From positions 160,001 through 224,000 of the forward strand of contig CAVXAT010000001.1 of the NCBI GenBank assembly GCA_963759805.1: DNA of 64,000 bases, given 5' to 3'. Positions 39,640 through 49,428 of this stretch are shown here, piece after piece. The notes under the pieces were generated by a model. That model was not told the origin of the DNA, did not search any database, and worked only from the letters and a program-made list of their open reading frames with translations. Origin of the DNA: an uncultured bacterium (GTDB lineage Bacteria > Babelota > Babeliae > Babelales > RVW-14). The first letter of the stretch is position 1. Each line of letters starts with the position of its first letter. Position numbers and translations under genes: made by a program.

Positions 39640-42218
39640 AAAACACTTACCTGTCCGGTGAAGGTTGTAGGCTCAGTTGTTGTATCTTTTATTAATCTGT
39701 TTTCTATTAATTTATTTTCACTAGGTGCTTGGTTTTGTATTTCAAGTTTTAACGCTTTTGTTATACCGCAGATTAATCTTTCTTGCGTTTTTATCTGGGC
39801 CAAAGTTTTTTTGTTTTCTGAATTAATTACAAGATTTTGTAACTCTGTTTTTAATGACAGTTGTGCTTCGCTTTTAAGTTTGCGTACAGCATCGATAACT
39901 TCCAGAACTTTTTCAAGAGTTTTATTGCTCTCTTCAAAACTGTAGTTAAAGCGCGGCATGTCAAACTTGGTTAAGTGTATGGAGCTTACGCCCGTAGTAG
40001 AGCCTTCGCTTTCAGATTTCTTATAAAGTTTCTGATAAAGAGTTTCTGTGATGTACGGTATAATTGGGCTGAACAGTTGCAATATTCCAAATCCCACTTC
40101 GTACAGTACAAACTTGGTTGCCTCGATCTCTTCTTTGCTGTACTTATCCGGACTGAAGAATCTATCTTTTACTAACTCCAGGTAGTTATCGCAAAACGTC
40201 TGCCAGAAAAATTTCTCAGCAATTTCAAGTGCTGAGTAGTACTCATACTTATCGTATGCCTGCATGTATGCATGCAGGGTTTTTGTGAAGTTGTGCAGTA
40301 GCCATTGGTTTACGGCATCAAGTTTGGGCGCTGTTTGCTGCTTTTTGTAATCGCCAAATTGCCCGCAACTGGAGAGTTGTCCACAACTGGAAAGTTGTTT
40401 ACAACTGGAAAGTTGTTCGGAACAGAAACGCAATGCGTTCCAGAGTTTTGTCAGCAGGCGCTGCCCAATTTTCAGTTGATTCTCACTGAACGCCGTATCG
40501 ATTCCCAATCTACCGTTTGCTGCCCAGTATCTTATAACATCTGCCGGATATGCCTGCAGTAAGGCATCGGGTGACATTTTGCTGTTATCTTTTGATTTGG
40601 AAATTTTTTCTTTTCCTGCAAGCACATGTCCCGAGATAACGATATCATTCCATGGAAGTTGATTGTTGTGAAAATACGCCTTTGCGATAGTGTAAAAAGC
40701 CCATGTTCTAATGATATCATGCGCCTGTGGTCGCATACTCATTGGAAGAGTTAAATTATCCGGTGATTTATCCGGCCAGTTCAGATTGATTTGTGGCGTC
40801 AGCCCTGATGTGTTCCAGGTGTCCATAACATCCGTCTCAGGTGTGATATGTATTGAACCACACTTTGTACACTTGCTGCCTGGAAAATTCTGTTCTTGCG
40901 GATCAACTGGAAGCGTTTTTTCATCTGCTAGCAGTATCTCACCACAATCTTTGCAGTGCCATACAGGAAATGGAATTCCATAAAAACGCTGACGAGATAT
41001 GCACCAGTCCCAACTCAAATTTTTTACCCAATCAACATATCTGACTTTCATGTAATCAGGATACCAGTTGATTTTTTCTGCCTGTTCGAGTAATTCATCT
41101 CGATGATCAAGAATTTTTATAAACCATTGTGATGGTGCCAAGTACTCAATTTCTTGTTTGCAACGTTCGTGAACGTTAACATTGTGGGTAATGGCTTTTT
41201 GATTTAGTAATTTGTCCGTCTCTTTGAGCAATTCTATAATTTTTTTTCTAGCCTCATGAACGGTTAGTCCTGCAAGCACTCCTGCGGCTTGCGTCCAGCG
41301 GCCGTCAAGACCAACAACTTGAACGAATGGAAGCGAGTGTTTTTTGTACCAAAGAATATCTGTTTGATCACCAAATGTGCAACACATGACAAGGCCTGTT
41401 CCCTTTTCAGGATCGACTTTTTCATCAGGCAGTATTGGAACTTCTTGTTTAAATACTGGAACAATTGCCTTTTTGACTGATAGCTTTGCGTATCTGGTAT
41501 CGCTTGGATGATAAAAAACCGCAACACAAGCAGGCAGCAGCTCCGGCCTGGTTGTTGCAATGATTAATTTTTCTCCGTCAGATGTTGTAAATTCTATGTC
41601 ATTGAATGAGCTTGATACGTCTGAATCATCAAGCTCAGCCTGCGCCACTGATGTCCTGCATGTGGTGCAGTACAGAGCAGGCTCTGTTTTGCGGTAGGCA
41701 AGTCCTTTTTTGAAAAGTTCAATGAAAGAGTGCTGTGATATTTTACGGACTTTGGGAGATATCGTTGAATATGTTTTTGACCAGTCAATAGAAAGACCGA
41801 GTTTCTTATAAAGTTCTTCAAAATCTTTTTCAGCTGCGTGTGATTCTTTTAGGCAGAGCTCAATAAATTCTGATCTTTTCATCAAATGTGCTTTAATGCC
41901 GTTTTTCTTTTCTACAAAACGTTCTGTTGCAAGTCCATTGTCATCAAAACCTTGAGGGTAAAAAACATTGAAACCGCGCATGCGTTTGAAGCGTGCGATT
42001 AAATCCTGGTGAGTGTAAGAGTATACATGTCCGATGTGCAACGATCCGGAAACAGTTGGAGGGGGTGTGTCAATACTGAACACCTTTTTATTTGGATCTG
42101 CATGAAAATCATAAATTTTTTCTCTCTCCCACAACTCGCGGACCTCTTTTTCCGATTGGGTATGATTGTATATTTTGTCCATATTAATTTGTTCTTGATT
42201 ACCTTGCTCGTGTTCCAT
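39636..42218 (-). CDS. valS: Valine--tRNA ligase (short type, no C-terminal coiled coil)
   Basis: DTPPPTVSGSLHIGH, ATTRPE, DWCISRQR, DVMDTW, KISKS. Confidence 0.95.
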   Translation of the reverse strand: MEHEQGNQEQINMDKIYNHTQSEKEVRELWEREKIYDFHADPNKKVFSIDTPPPTVSGSLHIGHVYSYTHQDLIARFKRMRGFNVFYPQGFDDNGLATERFVEKKNGIKAHLMKRSEFIELCLKESHAAEKDFEELYKKLGLSIDWSKTYSTISPKVRKISQHSFIELFKKGLAYRKTEPALYCTTCRTSVAQAELDDSDVSSSFNDIEFTTSDGEKLIIATTRPELLPACVAVFYHPSDTRYAKLSVKKAIVPVFKQEVPILPDEKVDPEKGTGLVMCCTFGDQTDILWYKKHSLPFVQVVGLDGRWTQAAGVLAGLTVHEARKKIIELLKETDKLLNQKAITHNVNVHERCKQEIEYLAPSQWFIKILDHRDELLEQAEKINWYPDYMKVRYVDWVKNLSWDWCISRQRFYGIPFPVWHCKDCGEILLADEKTLPVDPQEQNFPGSKCTKCGSIHITPETDVMDTWNTSGLTPQINLNWPDKSPDNLTLPMSMRPQAHDIIRTWAFYTIAKAYFHNNQLPWNDIVISGHVLAGKEKISKSKDNSKMSPDALLQAYPADVIRYWAANGRLGIDTAFSENQLKIGQRLLTKLWNALRFCSEQLSSCKQLSSCGQLSSCGQFGDYKKQQTAPKLDAVNQWLLHNFTKTLHAYMQAYDKYEYYSALEIAEKFFWQTFCDNYLELVKDRFFSPDKYSKEEIEATKFVLYEVGFGILQLFSPIIPYITETLYQKLYKKSESEGSTTGVSSIHLTKFDMPRFNYSFEESNKTLEKVLEVIDAVRKLKSEAQLSLKTELQNLVINSENKKTLAQIKTQERLICGITKALKLEIQNQAPSENKLIENRLIKDTTTEPTTFTGQVSVL
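40363..40416. repeat. 3 x 18-bp tandem repeat inside valS (QLSSC units)
   Basis: CCGCAACTGGAGAGTTGT / CCACAACTGGAAAGTTGT / TTACAACTGGAAAGTTGT. Confidence 0.9.
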
Positions 42219-42421
42219 AATTTTCCCTCGAATTTTCCATCAAATTCAATCGAATTAACTTTTAAATAGCTTAATTATTTTTTATACTTTAGGCAAAAGG
42301 AAGTAAAAACGGATGATTTCAAATTGATTTTTGTTTATCAAGATGTTATTTTGCCTGTAGTCATGGGAAAATAGAAAAAGATTAGTCATAATGTGCAAAA
42401 AGTTAATTGTAGAGAGCGTAG

Positions 42422-43549
42422 ATGATTTTTAACAAAAAAAATATATTTGTAGCGATATTGTCATTTGCGGTATTTGGTTTAAATCTAAATGCAACGACAG
42501 CAGAAGGTTTTGAATTGGCTACCGCATTTTTGCGCATTCCCGCTGCCATCGGTGCAAATACGGTTGGCAAGCAAAGAGGCATTGCCCCAAAAATTGTATT
42601 AATTGCTTCTGATCTGATTAGATTATCAAACGAGATCCTTACGATTGTGAATAAACGTGGAAAATTCGATTTTCACATTTATGATTACTGTTGGGGTGCC
42701 TATGATGTCTATAACTTGATTGTTCATGTTAAAAGTCTTTTCGGGGATAAGGCTAACGGTGTTGAAAAGATTGAATCCAAAGAAATTAAAAAATTTGAAT
42801 CAGTAATTCGATCTTTACATCAAGTAATCTTGCCTTTAGTCGAGGGAATGTCTGCCATCTTAAAATCTTATCCAGATGATCCGAAACTTAAAATTCAAAA
42901 TTTTCAAGCGTTCAGAAACAGGTGCGGGGCCATATGTTCACTTTCACGCTTGCTTGATAATTTGATTGTGAGTGAGCCTAAAAGTGCTGAGTTTTATACA
43001 TGTATTATTCTGCTTGTTGTCAATATTGTCGTTGCTTATGGAATTGATTCTAAGATTAAACCGGTGGAAGCAGAAGCCAGACGTCAAGAGGAAGCTGAGG
43101 CGCGTCGCTTGCTTGAAGAAGGTCGAGCAGCAGTGCTTTTGCATTTGATGATGGCTGAGCTTATGCGTGAACCTCGTGGGCGAGAAGAAGAAGAGGCTCG
43201 GCAGCAGGCAGAAGAAGTAGGGGCATTATTAGGCGATGCCGTTCCTGAAGATACGGATGAAGAACACTTTAGGACTGTTGGTGGGCAGATAGCAGCCAGG
43301 AATCGTTCTGCACGTCAAGTGGTGGAGAATCATAAAACGTTTTCTGATGAAAATTGTTCTGTATGTCTTGATCCATTTGTTCATGGAGAGAGAGTAAGAA
43401 GATTTATTTGTGGGCATGTACTCCATCATTGCGAAAAGAATGGTCATGAAGATTGCTTTGGTCAATTTGCAAGTAATGGCTCTAACGTTTGTCCATCTTG
43501 TAGGGGTATGCGAGACGTAAATGGAGAGACAGATATAGACATCCCATAA
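42422..43549 (+). CDS. Secreted/membrane protein with C-terminal RING-H2 domain (paralog 1)
   Basis: Signal peptide, shared ~210-aa N-domain ending in a hydrophobic helix, then CSVCLDPF...RRFICGHVLH...C...CPSCR. Confidence 0.85.
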   Translation: MIFNKKNIFVAILSFAVFGLNLNATTAEGFELATAFLRIPAAIGANTVGKQRGIAPKIVLIASDLIRLSNEILTIVNKRGKFDFHIYDYCWGAYDVYNLIVHVKSLFGDKANGVEKIESKEIKKFESVIRSLHQVILPLVEGMSAILKSYPDDPKLKIQNFQAFRNRCGAICSLSRLLDNLIVSEPKSAEFYTCIILLVVNIVVAYGIDSKIKPVEAEARRQEEAEARRLLEEGRAAVLLHLMMAELMREPRGREEEEARQQAEEVGALLGDAVPEDTDEEHFRTVGGQIAARNRSARQVVENHKTFSDENCSVCLDPFVHGERVRRFICGHVLHHCEKNGHEDCFGQFASNGSNVCPSCRGMRDVNGETDIDIP

Positions 43550-43619
43550 ATATGAGCTTTTGGACATGCCAAACTTTTAGTGGAATTTTAGTGTACGGAG
43601 TCTATAGATAGATTAAAAT

Positions 43620-44579
43620 ATGATGATTTTTAACAAAAAAAATATATTCGTAGCGATATTGTCATTTGCGGTATTTGGTTTAAATCTAAATGCAACGACA
43701 GCAGAAGAGCTTGAATTGGCTACTGCCTTTTTGCGCATTCCCGCAGTAATTGGTGCCAATTCGGTTGGTAAACAAAGTGGCATTGCCCCAAAAATTGTAT
43801 TAATTGCTTCTGATCTGATTAGATTATCAAACGAGATCCTTACGATTGTGAATAAACGTGGAAAATTCGATTTTCACATTTATGATTACTGTTGGGGTGC
43901 CTATGATGTCTATAACTTGATTGTTCATGTTAAAAGTCTTTTCGGGGATAAGGCTAACGGTGTTGAAAAGATTGAATCCAAAGAAATTAAAAAATTTGAA
44001 TCAGTAATTCGATCTTTACATCAAGTAATCTTGCCTTTAGTCGAGGGAATGTCTGCCATCTTAAAATCTTATCCAGATGATCCGAAACTTAAAATTCAAA
44101 ATTTTCAAGCGTTCAGAAACAGGTGCGGGGCCATATGTTCACTTTCACGCTTGCTTGATAATTTGATTGTGAGTGAGCCTAAAAGTGCTGAGTTTTATAC
44201 ATGTATTATTCTACTTGTAGCCAATATTGTCGTTGCTTGTGGAATTGATTCTGAGCTTAAAACGGTAGAGGCAGAAGCCAGACGTAAAGAGAACGAAGAG
44301 TTTGAGGCTGAGTTTAGGCCTAAGGAAGATATCAGACGAGGAGTAAACCATTTGTTGGATAAAATATCTGAAATTGGAGGAAGTACACCTAAAAACGCAC
44401 GTGAACGTCTTGGAATTTCTTTAGAAGAAAGCAAAAACAAAAAGGCGGTGGATAGCGCATTCAGAAAAAGTGCTCAAGCGGATCCTTCAAGAATACGAGC
44501 ATTGGTGGATGCTAAAAATACTCTTTTCCCAAGACAACAAGATCTTTTCTCTGGGACAGGAAGTCAAACAGGTATTTAA
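43620..44579 (+). CDS. Paralog 2: same N-domain, C-terminus resembling a degenerate J-domain
   Basis: Near-identical 5' DNA to paralog 1; C-terminal NARERLGIS...VDSAFRKSA...LVDAKNTL lacks HPD. Confidence 0.7.
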   Translation: MMIFNKKNIFVAILSFAVFGLNLNATTAEELELATAFLRIPAVIGANSVGKQSGIAPKIVLIASDLIRLSNEILTIVNKRGKFDFHIYDYCWGAYDVYNLIVHVKSLFGDKANGVEKIESKEIKKFESVIRSLHQVILPLVEGMSAILKSYPDDPKLKIQNFQAFRNRCGAICSLSRLLDNLIVSEPKSAEFYTCIILLVANIVVACGIDSELKTVEAEARRKENEEFEAEFRPKEDIRRGVNHLLDKISEIGGSTPKNARERLGISLEESKNKKAVDSAFRKSAQADPSRIRALVDAKNTLFPRQQDLFSGTGSQTGI

Positions 44580-44750
44580 ATTAGCTGCTGGCTGAAATAA
44601 GTGAATATGAAAAATCTTTAGGCAAAAGGAAGTAAAAACGGGTGATTTTAAATTGATTTTTGTTTACTGAAATGCTATTTTGCCTGTAGTCTTGGAAAAA
44701 AAGAAAAAGATTAGTCATAATGTGCAAAAAATTAACTGTAGAGAGCGTAG

Positions 44751-45674
44751 ATGATTTTTAACAAAAAAAATATATTTGTAGCGATATTATCATTTACGAT
44801 ATTTGGCTTAAATTTGAATGCAACGACAGCAGAAGAGCTTGAATTGGCTACGGCCGTTTTGCGCATTCCCGCAGTAATTGGCGCGAATACGGTTGGTAAG
44901 CAAAGTGGCATTGCCCCAAAAATTATATTAATTGCTTCTGATCTGATTAGATTATCAAACGAGATCCTTACGATTGTGAATAAACGTGGAAAATTCGATT
45001 TTTACATTTATGATTGCTGTTGGGGTGTCTATGATGCCTATAACTTGATTGTTCATGTTAAAAGTCTTTTCGGGGATAAGGCTGACAACGTTGAAAAGAT
45101 TGAATCTAAAGAGATTAAAAAATTTAAATTAGCAATTCGATCTTTACATCAAGTAATCTTGCCTTTAGTCGAGGGAATGTCTGCCATCTTAAAATCTTAT
45201 CCAGATGATCCGAAACTTAAAATTCAAAATTTTCAAGCGTTCAGAAACAGGTGCGGGGCCATATGTTCTCTTTCACGCTTGCTTGATAATTTGATTATAA
45301 GCGAGCCCCAAAGTGCTGAGTTTTATGCATATATTATTCTGCTTGTTGTCAATATTGTCGTTGCTTATGGAATTGATGGGGCCCAAGCGGTTAAAACGTT
45401 TTCTGATGGAGATTGTGCTAATGGGGTCCAAGCGGTTAAAACGTTTTCTGATGGAGATTGTGCTTTATGTCTTTGTCCATTTGTTCGTGGAGAGAAGGTA
45501 AAAAGGCTTGGTTGTGGACATGTATTTCATCATTGCCGGAAGAATGGGCATGGTGATTGCTTTGATCAGTTTGCAAACAAGTGTGAAAACTCTGCCGTTT
45601 GTCCACTTTGTAATTTCAAGCGAGATGTGGATCTGGAGACAGATATTAAGATTGTAAAGACGTCTAAAAGTTAA
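44751..45674 (+). CDS. Paralog 3: same N-domain with C-terminal RING-H2
   Basis: CALCLCPF...KRLGCGHVFH...C...CPLC; 45-nt tandem duplication at 45375-45464. Confidence 0.85.
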   Translation: MIFNKKNIFVAILSFTIFGLNLNATTAEELELATAVLRIPAVIGANTVGKQSGIAPKIILIASDLIRLSNEILTIVNKRGKFDFYIYDCCWGVYDAYNLIVHVKSLFGDKADNVEKIESKEIKKFKLAIRSLHQVILPLVEGMSAILKSYPDDPKLKIQNFQAFRNRCGAICSLSRLLDNLIISEPQSAEFYAYIILLVVNIVVAYGIDGAQAVKTFSDGDCANGVQAVKTFSDGDCALCLCPFVRGEKVKRLGCGHVFHHCRKNGHGDCFDQFANKCENSAVCPLCNFKRDVDLETDIKIVKTSKS

Positions 45675-45695
45675 AATAATTGATTTAAAAAAAAT

Positions 45696-45718
45696 GCCCC
45701 GGCGTTAATAACCGGGGC
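45696..45718. terminator. Hairpin terminator between convergent genes
   Basis: GCCCCGG-N9-CCGGGGC preceded by an A run (T run on the minus strand). Confidence 0.7.
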
Positions 45719-45722
45719 CATC

Positions 45723-45968
45723 TTATTTCCTAATTTTAGGCAGATGCACTTTGATTGATTGAAGTACATTATCAATTGATACTCTAACCTGTTCCATTTT
45801 TAACATTGAAAGGCCGTAGTAAACTAAAAATAGGCCTGAGAAAAAAAATAAAACTTGTAAAATAACTTTATATGCAAGTGCGATTAAAATTACGCCGATA
45901 ACAAGTGCAACAATGCCTTTTATTGCATCGCCGTTGTTGCATGGTCCGTTTCCACAACTTCCACTCAT
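45723..45968 (-). CDS. Small two-helix membrane protein
   Basis: AAGGAG RBS; two hydrophobic segments. Confidence 0.7.
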   Translation of the reverse strand: MSGSCGNGPCNNGDAIKGIVALVIGVILIALAYKVILQVLFFFSGLFLVYYGLSMLKMEQVRVSIDNVLQSIKVHLPKIRK

Positions 45969-46221
45969 AAATTTCTCCTTTTAAAAGATTGGACAAAATT
46001 CACTAAATTAAATTCATGCTAGCATGAGTAGTTTTGAAAATTCAATAACTTATAGAAACTTGTTGTATGGTATAATATAAATACTGACAGAAATATTCAA
46101 CCGATGATGGAAAAATCTTAAATATGTTAAGGGAGAGTAATAAATGCAATGCCATCACATAGCCTTACCATTGTGGATTATGGTTTTTGCAGGTATCGTA
46201 TTTTTTGATTGGAGTGATATT

Positions 46222-48819
46222 ATGTCAAAGGAAAAAAATAAAGATTCCATTTTCGTTATTCAAAAACATGATGCAAGCCACCTTCATTATGATTTTCGAC
46301 TGGAATCAGATGGGGTTTTAAAATCATGGGCGCTTCCCAAAGGGCCCCCAATTAAAAATTCTGATAAACGGCTTGCAATTCCTACAGAAGATCATTCTCT
46401 TTCATATGCGCGGTTTGAGGGTGTGATTCCCCCTGGTAGTTACGGCGCAGGAACTGTTATGGTGTGGGATATAGGTACTTTTAAGAATATTACCAAGGGC
46501 AAGGATGGAAAAATACTTTCCATTCCTCAATGCATCAAAAACGGTCGATTAAAGTTTCTGCTTGAGGGGAAAAAATTACATGGGGATTATGCATTAATCA
46601 AAACAAAGTCTGCGAATAAATCTTTCTGGTTACTACTGAAGATGAAAGATGCGGCAGGGAGTTCAAGCGTAAAAAATAAAGAGCTGTCCGCCATTTCAGG
46701 AAGAAGTATGCAACAGATTGCTGCTGAAAATGAAAGTGATGATGAGCCGCCGCCGGGTCAGAAAGAGATAATCCAGAAAAAAACGTCAGATTATTTTTCT
46801 GTTTTACCCAGTTCAATGCGTAATAAACTGAAAAAAACAAAGCCCAGTCAAACACAAAAGTCCATTGAATTAGTAAGCCCAATGTTGCCTTCACTGGCCA
46901 GCTCTGTTCCCCAAGGGGGAGAGTGGTTATACGAACGAAAATTTGATGGACAACGATGCATCTGTTTCAAGCAGGGCAAAAAAATTCAGCTCTTTTCTCG
47001 TAACAAAAAATCCCTGAACGATAATTATCCGGATCTCATTGAAGTGTTACAAAATCAACCGGTTGCTTCATGTATTATTGATGGAGAAATCGTTGCTTTT
47101 GAGGGCGACAAAACCAGTTTTGAGAGATTACAAAAACGAATGTTTCTTACTGGCTGTGATCAAATACGTCAATCTCATATCAAAATAACATACTGTATTT
47201 TTGACCTTCTAAGTCTGAATGGTTTTGATTTGTGTAGTGTTCCTCTGGAATACCGTAAAAAAATATTAGCAAAAGCAATCTGTTTTATTGAACCGTTGCG
47301 TTGTACGGATTTTACTGAAAGTGGGGGACAAGCCTATTTTGAACATTCGTGCAAAATAGGTTGGGAAGGCATTGTTGCCAAGAAAACATCAAGCATCTAC
47401 CAACAAAAACGATCTAAAGATTGGCTCAAGTTGAAATGTACACAAGATCAGGACTTTGTAATCGGCGGTTACACAAGCCCGCGAGGCAAACGTATTGGAT
47501 TGGGCGGATTATTGCTTGGGTACTACGATCTTTCCTGCGCCGCTCGTGGTGAGCTTGTCGAACCATCGCCAGGAGGCGACGGGCAGGGCGCAAAACTGCA
47601 CTACGTTGGTAAAGTTGGTACCGGGTTTTCGGATTCAATGTTACAAACTCTCATGAATTTTTTAAAACCATTGGAACAGAAAGATTCTCCTTTTAAAGAT
47701 TGCGGTATTTCATTTAAGGGTGTGCACTGGGTTAAGCCACAACTTCTTGCATCTGTGTCATACAAAGAGTTGACTAAAGCCGGCAAACTGCGTCACCCCC
47801 GTTTTATAGGGCTGCGTACGGATAAAAATGCTTGTGATGTTAGATTAGAAACGAAGGATGTTGATATGAACCAGTCAGTTGATTCGCGAACAATCAAAGT
47901 AAATAATCACACAATTACACTTACGCATGAAAACAAAATAATGTTTCCAAAAGATCAGATTACCAAAGAAGATATTACCAAGCATGATATTATAGAATAT
48001 TACAGTAAAGTTGCTGAGTTTATGGTCCCGCACATGATGGATCGACCGGTAAGTATGCTGCGTCTTCCTGAAGGATTAAAGGGCGAAAGCTTTTATCAAA
48101 AAGATATTCCGGAAAGTTTTCCCGCCTGGATTAAACGTGTATCAGTTCCCAAGGAGGGAGGATATAACAGAATGGTTGTCTGTAATAATGCGGCGACACT
48201 CGTGTATCTTGCAAATCAGTGCTGCCTCACTCCACATCTTTGGCTTAGTTTTACTGACAAACTTAATTATCCCAATCGTATGATTTTTGATCTTGATCCG
48301 TCAGGAAAAAACGAGTTTTCGCAGATATGCGATGCTGCGCTTGCACTGAAAAAAATTCTTGAGTCGATTGGCCTGATTCCATTTGTAATGACAACAGGCT
48401 CGCGTGGGCTTCATGTTGTTGTACCCCTTATCCGTAATGACGATTTTGATACTGTACGTGCCCTTGCACATAAAATAGCAGAGCAACTTGTTGCCACTGA
48501 CCCGCAACATTTGACGACAGAGATTCGCAAGAACAAACGCCATGGGCGAATATATGTTGATGTAGGGCGTAACGCTTATGCACAAACATCCGTGTCTCCT
48601 TATGCAGTACGAGCCAAACCGTGTGCCCCTGTTGCAACGCCATTGCAGTGGAAAGAACTTTCGGACAAAAAACTTACCGCGCAAAAATATAATATTAAAA
48701 ATATTTTTAAACGTCTGAATTTGAATGGGGATCCGTGGAAAGACATTAATTTGTCGGTGCGGTCATTGAAAAGTGCGCAAACTAAGTTTGAGAAGCTTTA
48801 TGATAAGGGTGGGGATTGA
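46222..48819 (+). CDS. ligD: NHEJ DNA ligase D (phosphoesterase-ligase-polymerase)
   Basis: FVIQKHDASHLHYDFRLE (PE); ERKFDGQR, DGEIV, WEGIVAK, KVGTGF (ligase); FYQK, FDLDP, TGSRGLHV (primase-polymerase). Start placed at ATG 46222 after GGAG. Confidence 0.95.
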   Translation: MSKEKNKDSIFVIQKHDASHLHYDFRLESDGVLKSWALPKGPPIKNSDKRLAIPTEDHSLSYARFEGVIPPGSYGAGTVMVWDIGTFKNITKGKDGKILSIPQCIKNGRLKFLLEGKKLHGDYALIKTKSANKSFWLLLKMKDAAGSSSVKNKELSAISGRSMQQIAAENESDDEPPPGQKEIIQKKTSDYFSVLPSSMRNKLKKTKPSQTQKSIELVSPMLPSLASSVPQGGEWLYERKFDGQRCICFKQGKKIQLFSRNKKSLNDNYPDLIEVLQNQPVASCIIDGEIVAFEGDKTSFERLQKRMFLTGCDQIRQSHIKITYCIFDLLSLNGFDLCSVPLEYRKKILAKAICFIEPLRCTDFTESGGQAYFEHSCKIGWEGIVAKKTSSIYQQKRSKDWLKLKCTQDQDFVIGGYTSPRGKRIGLGGLLLGYYDLSCAARGELVEPSPGGDGQGAKLHYVGKVGTGFSDSMLQTLMNFLKPLEQKDSPFKDCGISFKGVHWVKPQLLASVSYKELTKAGKLRHPRFIGLRTDKNACDVRLETKDVDMNQSVDSRTIKVNNHTITLTHENKIMFPKDQITKEDITKHDIIEYYSKVAEFMVPHMMDRPVSMLRLPEGLKGESFYQKDIPESFPAWIKRVSVPKEGGYNRMVVCNNAATLVYLANQCCLTPHLWLSFTDKLNYPNRMIFDLDPSGKNEFSQICDAALALKKILESIGLIPFVMTTGSRGLHVVVPLIRNDDFDTVRALAHKIAEQLVATDPQHLTTEIRKNKRHGRIYVDVGRNAYAQTSVSPYAVRAKPCAPVATPLQWKELSDKKLTAQKYNIKNIFKRLNLNGDPWKDINLSVRSLKSAQTKFEKLYDKGGD
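47540..47566 (+). repeat. REP-like family B palindrome inserted in-frame in ligD
   Basis: CCGCTCGTGGTGAGCTTGTCGAACCAT; both ends match the intergenic element at 63728-63862 (reverse strand). Confidence 0.75.
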
Positions 48820-48850
48820 ATTGCCGCCAAAAAATGAGGTGTTTATTTTA

Positions 48851-48882
48851 TCCATGGATCCTGAATCAAGTTCAGGATGACA
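48851..48882. repeat. Solo family-A palindrome
   Basis: TCCATGGATCCTGAATCAAGTTCAGGATGACA. Confidence 0.85.
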
Positions 48883-48893
48883 AAAAAGGAGAG

Positions 48894-48967
48894 CGTCCCC
48901 AATGGGATTCGAACCCATGTTACAGGAATGAAAATCCTGTGTCCTAGTCCACCTAGACGATGGGGAC
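48894..48967 (-). tRNA. tRNA-Glu (TTC), CCA not encoded
   Basis: GTCCCCA acceptor, CAGGA-TTTTCAT-TCCTG anticodon arm, ATGGG-TTCGAAT-CCCAT T arm. Confidence 0.96.
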
Positions 48968-49039
48968 GTATGCATCAAAGAAAATTGTCTCTTGAAGAAC
49001 CAGTTTTTATCATGCCATCATTCAAGTAATTAGGATGGC

Positions 49040-49121
49040 CTGCCATCCGTCGTGTCCGCCGTAGCCACATCGGGCGAAGGCTGGAAGCTACGAGCCCTTT
49101 AGGGCGAAGGGCGTAGGATGG
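49040..49121 (-). repeat. GC-rich nested palindromic element (family C) fused to the tRNA-Lys 3' end
   Basis: Minus strand CCATCC...GGATGGCAGG encloses GCCCTTCGCCCTAAAGGGC and GCCTTCGC-N6-GGCTACGGCG units; related units at about 9292-9320 and 63741-63765. Confidence 0.65.
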
Positions 49122-49194
49122 TGAGCCGCGCAGGAATCGAACCTGCGACCCACAGCTTAAAAGGCTGTTGCTCTACCGACTGAGCTAGCGGCTC
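49119..49194 (-). tRNA. tRNA-Lys (TTT)
   Basis: GAGCCGC...ACAGC-CTTTTAA-GCTGT...GCAGGTTCGATTCCTGC-GCGGCTC-ACCA. Confidence 0.97.
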
Positions 49195-49428
49195 GTGAAT
49201 TTCATGCTTAAAATCTATTAAAATATGTACTTTTTGTCAAGGAAATAAGTGTCAATTAATAAAGTTATTTTCAGATTATACGACTCAGAGGGCCCTGACC
49301 AAAACAAATGTTTTTAGAGTAGTTATCGGGATAATTAGCTAAATAAATTTTATCCCAAGATCTTGCTGCATACGACGCAGCGCGACGAAATGTACCCCGA
49401 CCGGCCTCAAATAAGTTTGCCCTGTCCT

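Noticed and set aside
48763..48978. 71-aa ORF containing CHPELDSGS
   Set aside because: It is a translation of tRNA-Glu plus the family-A palindrome.
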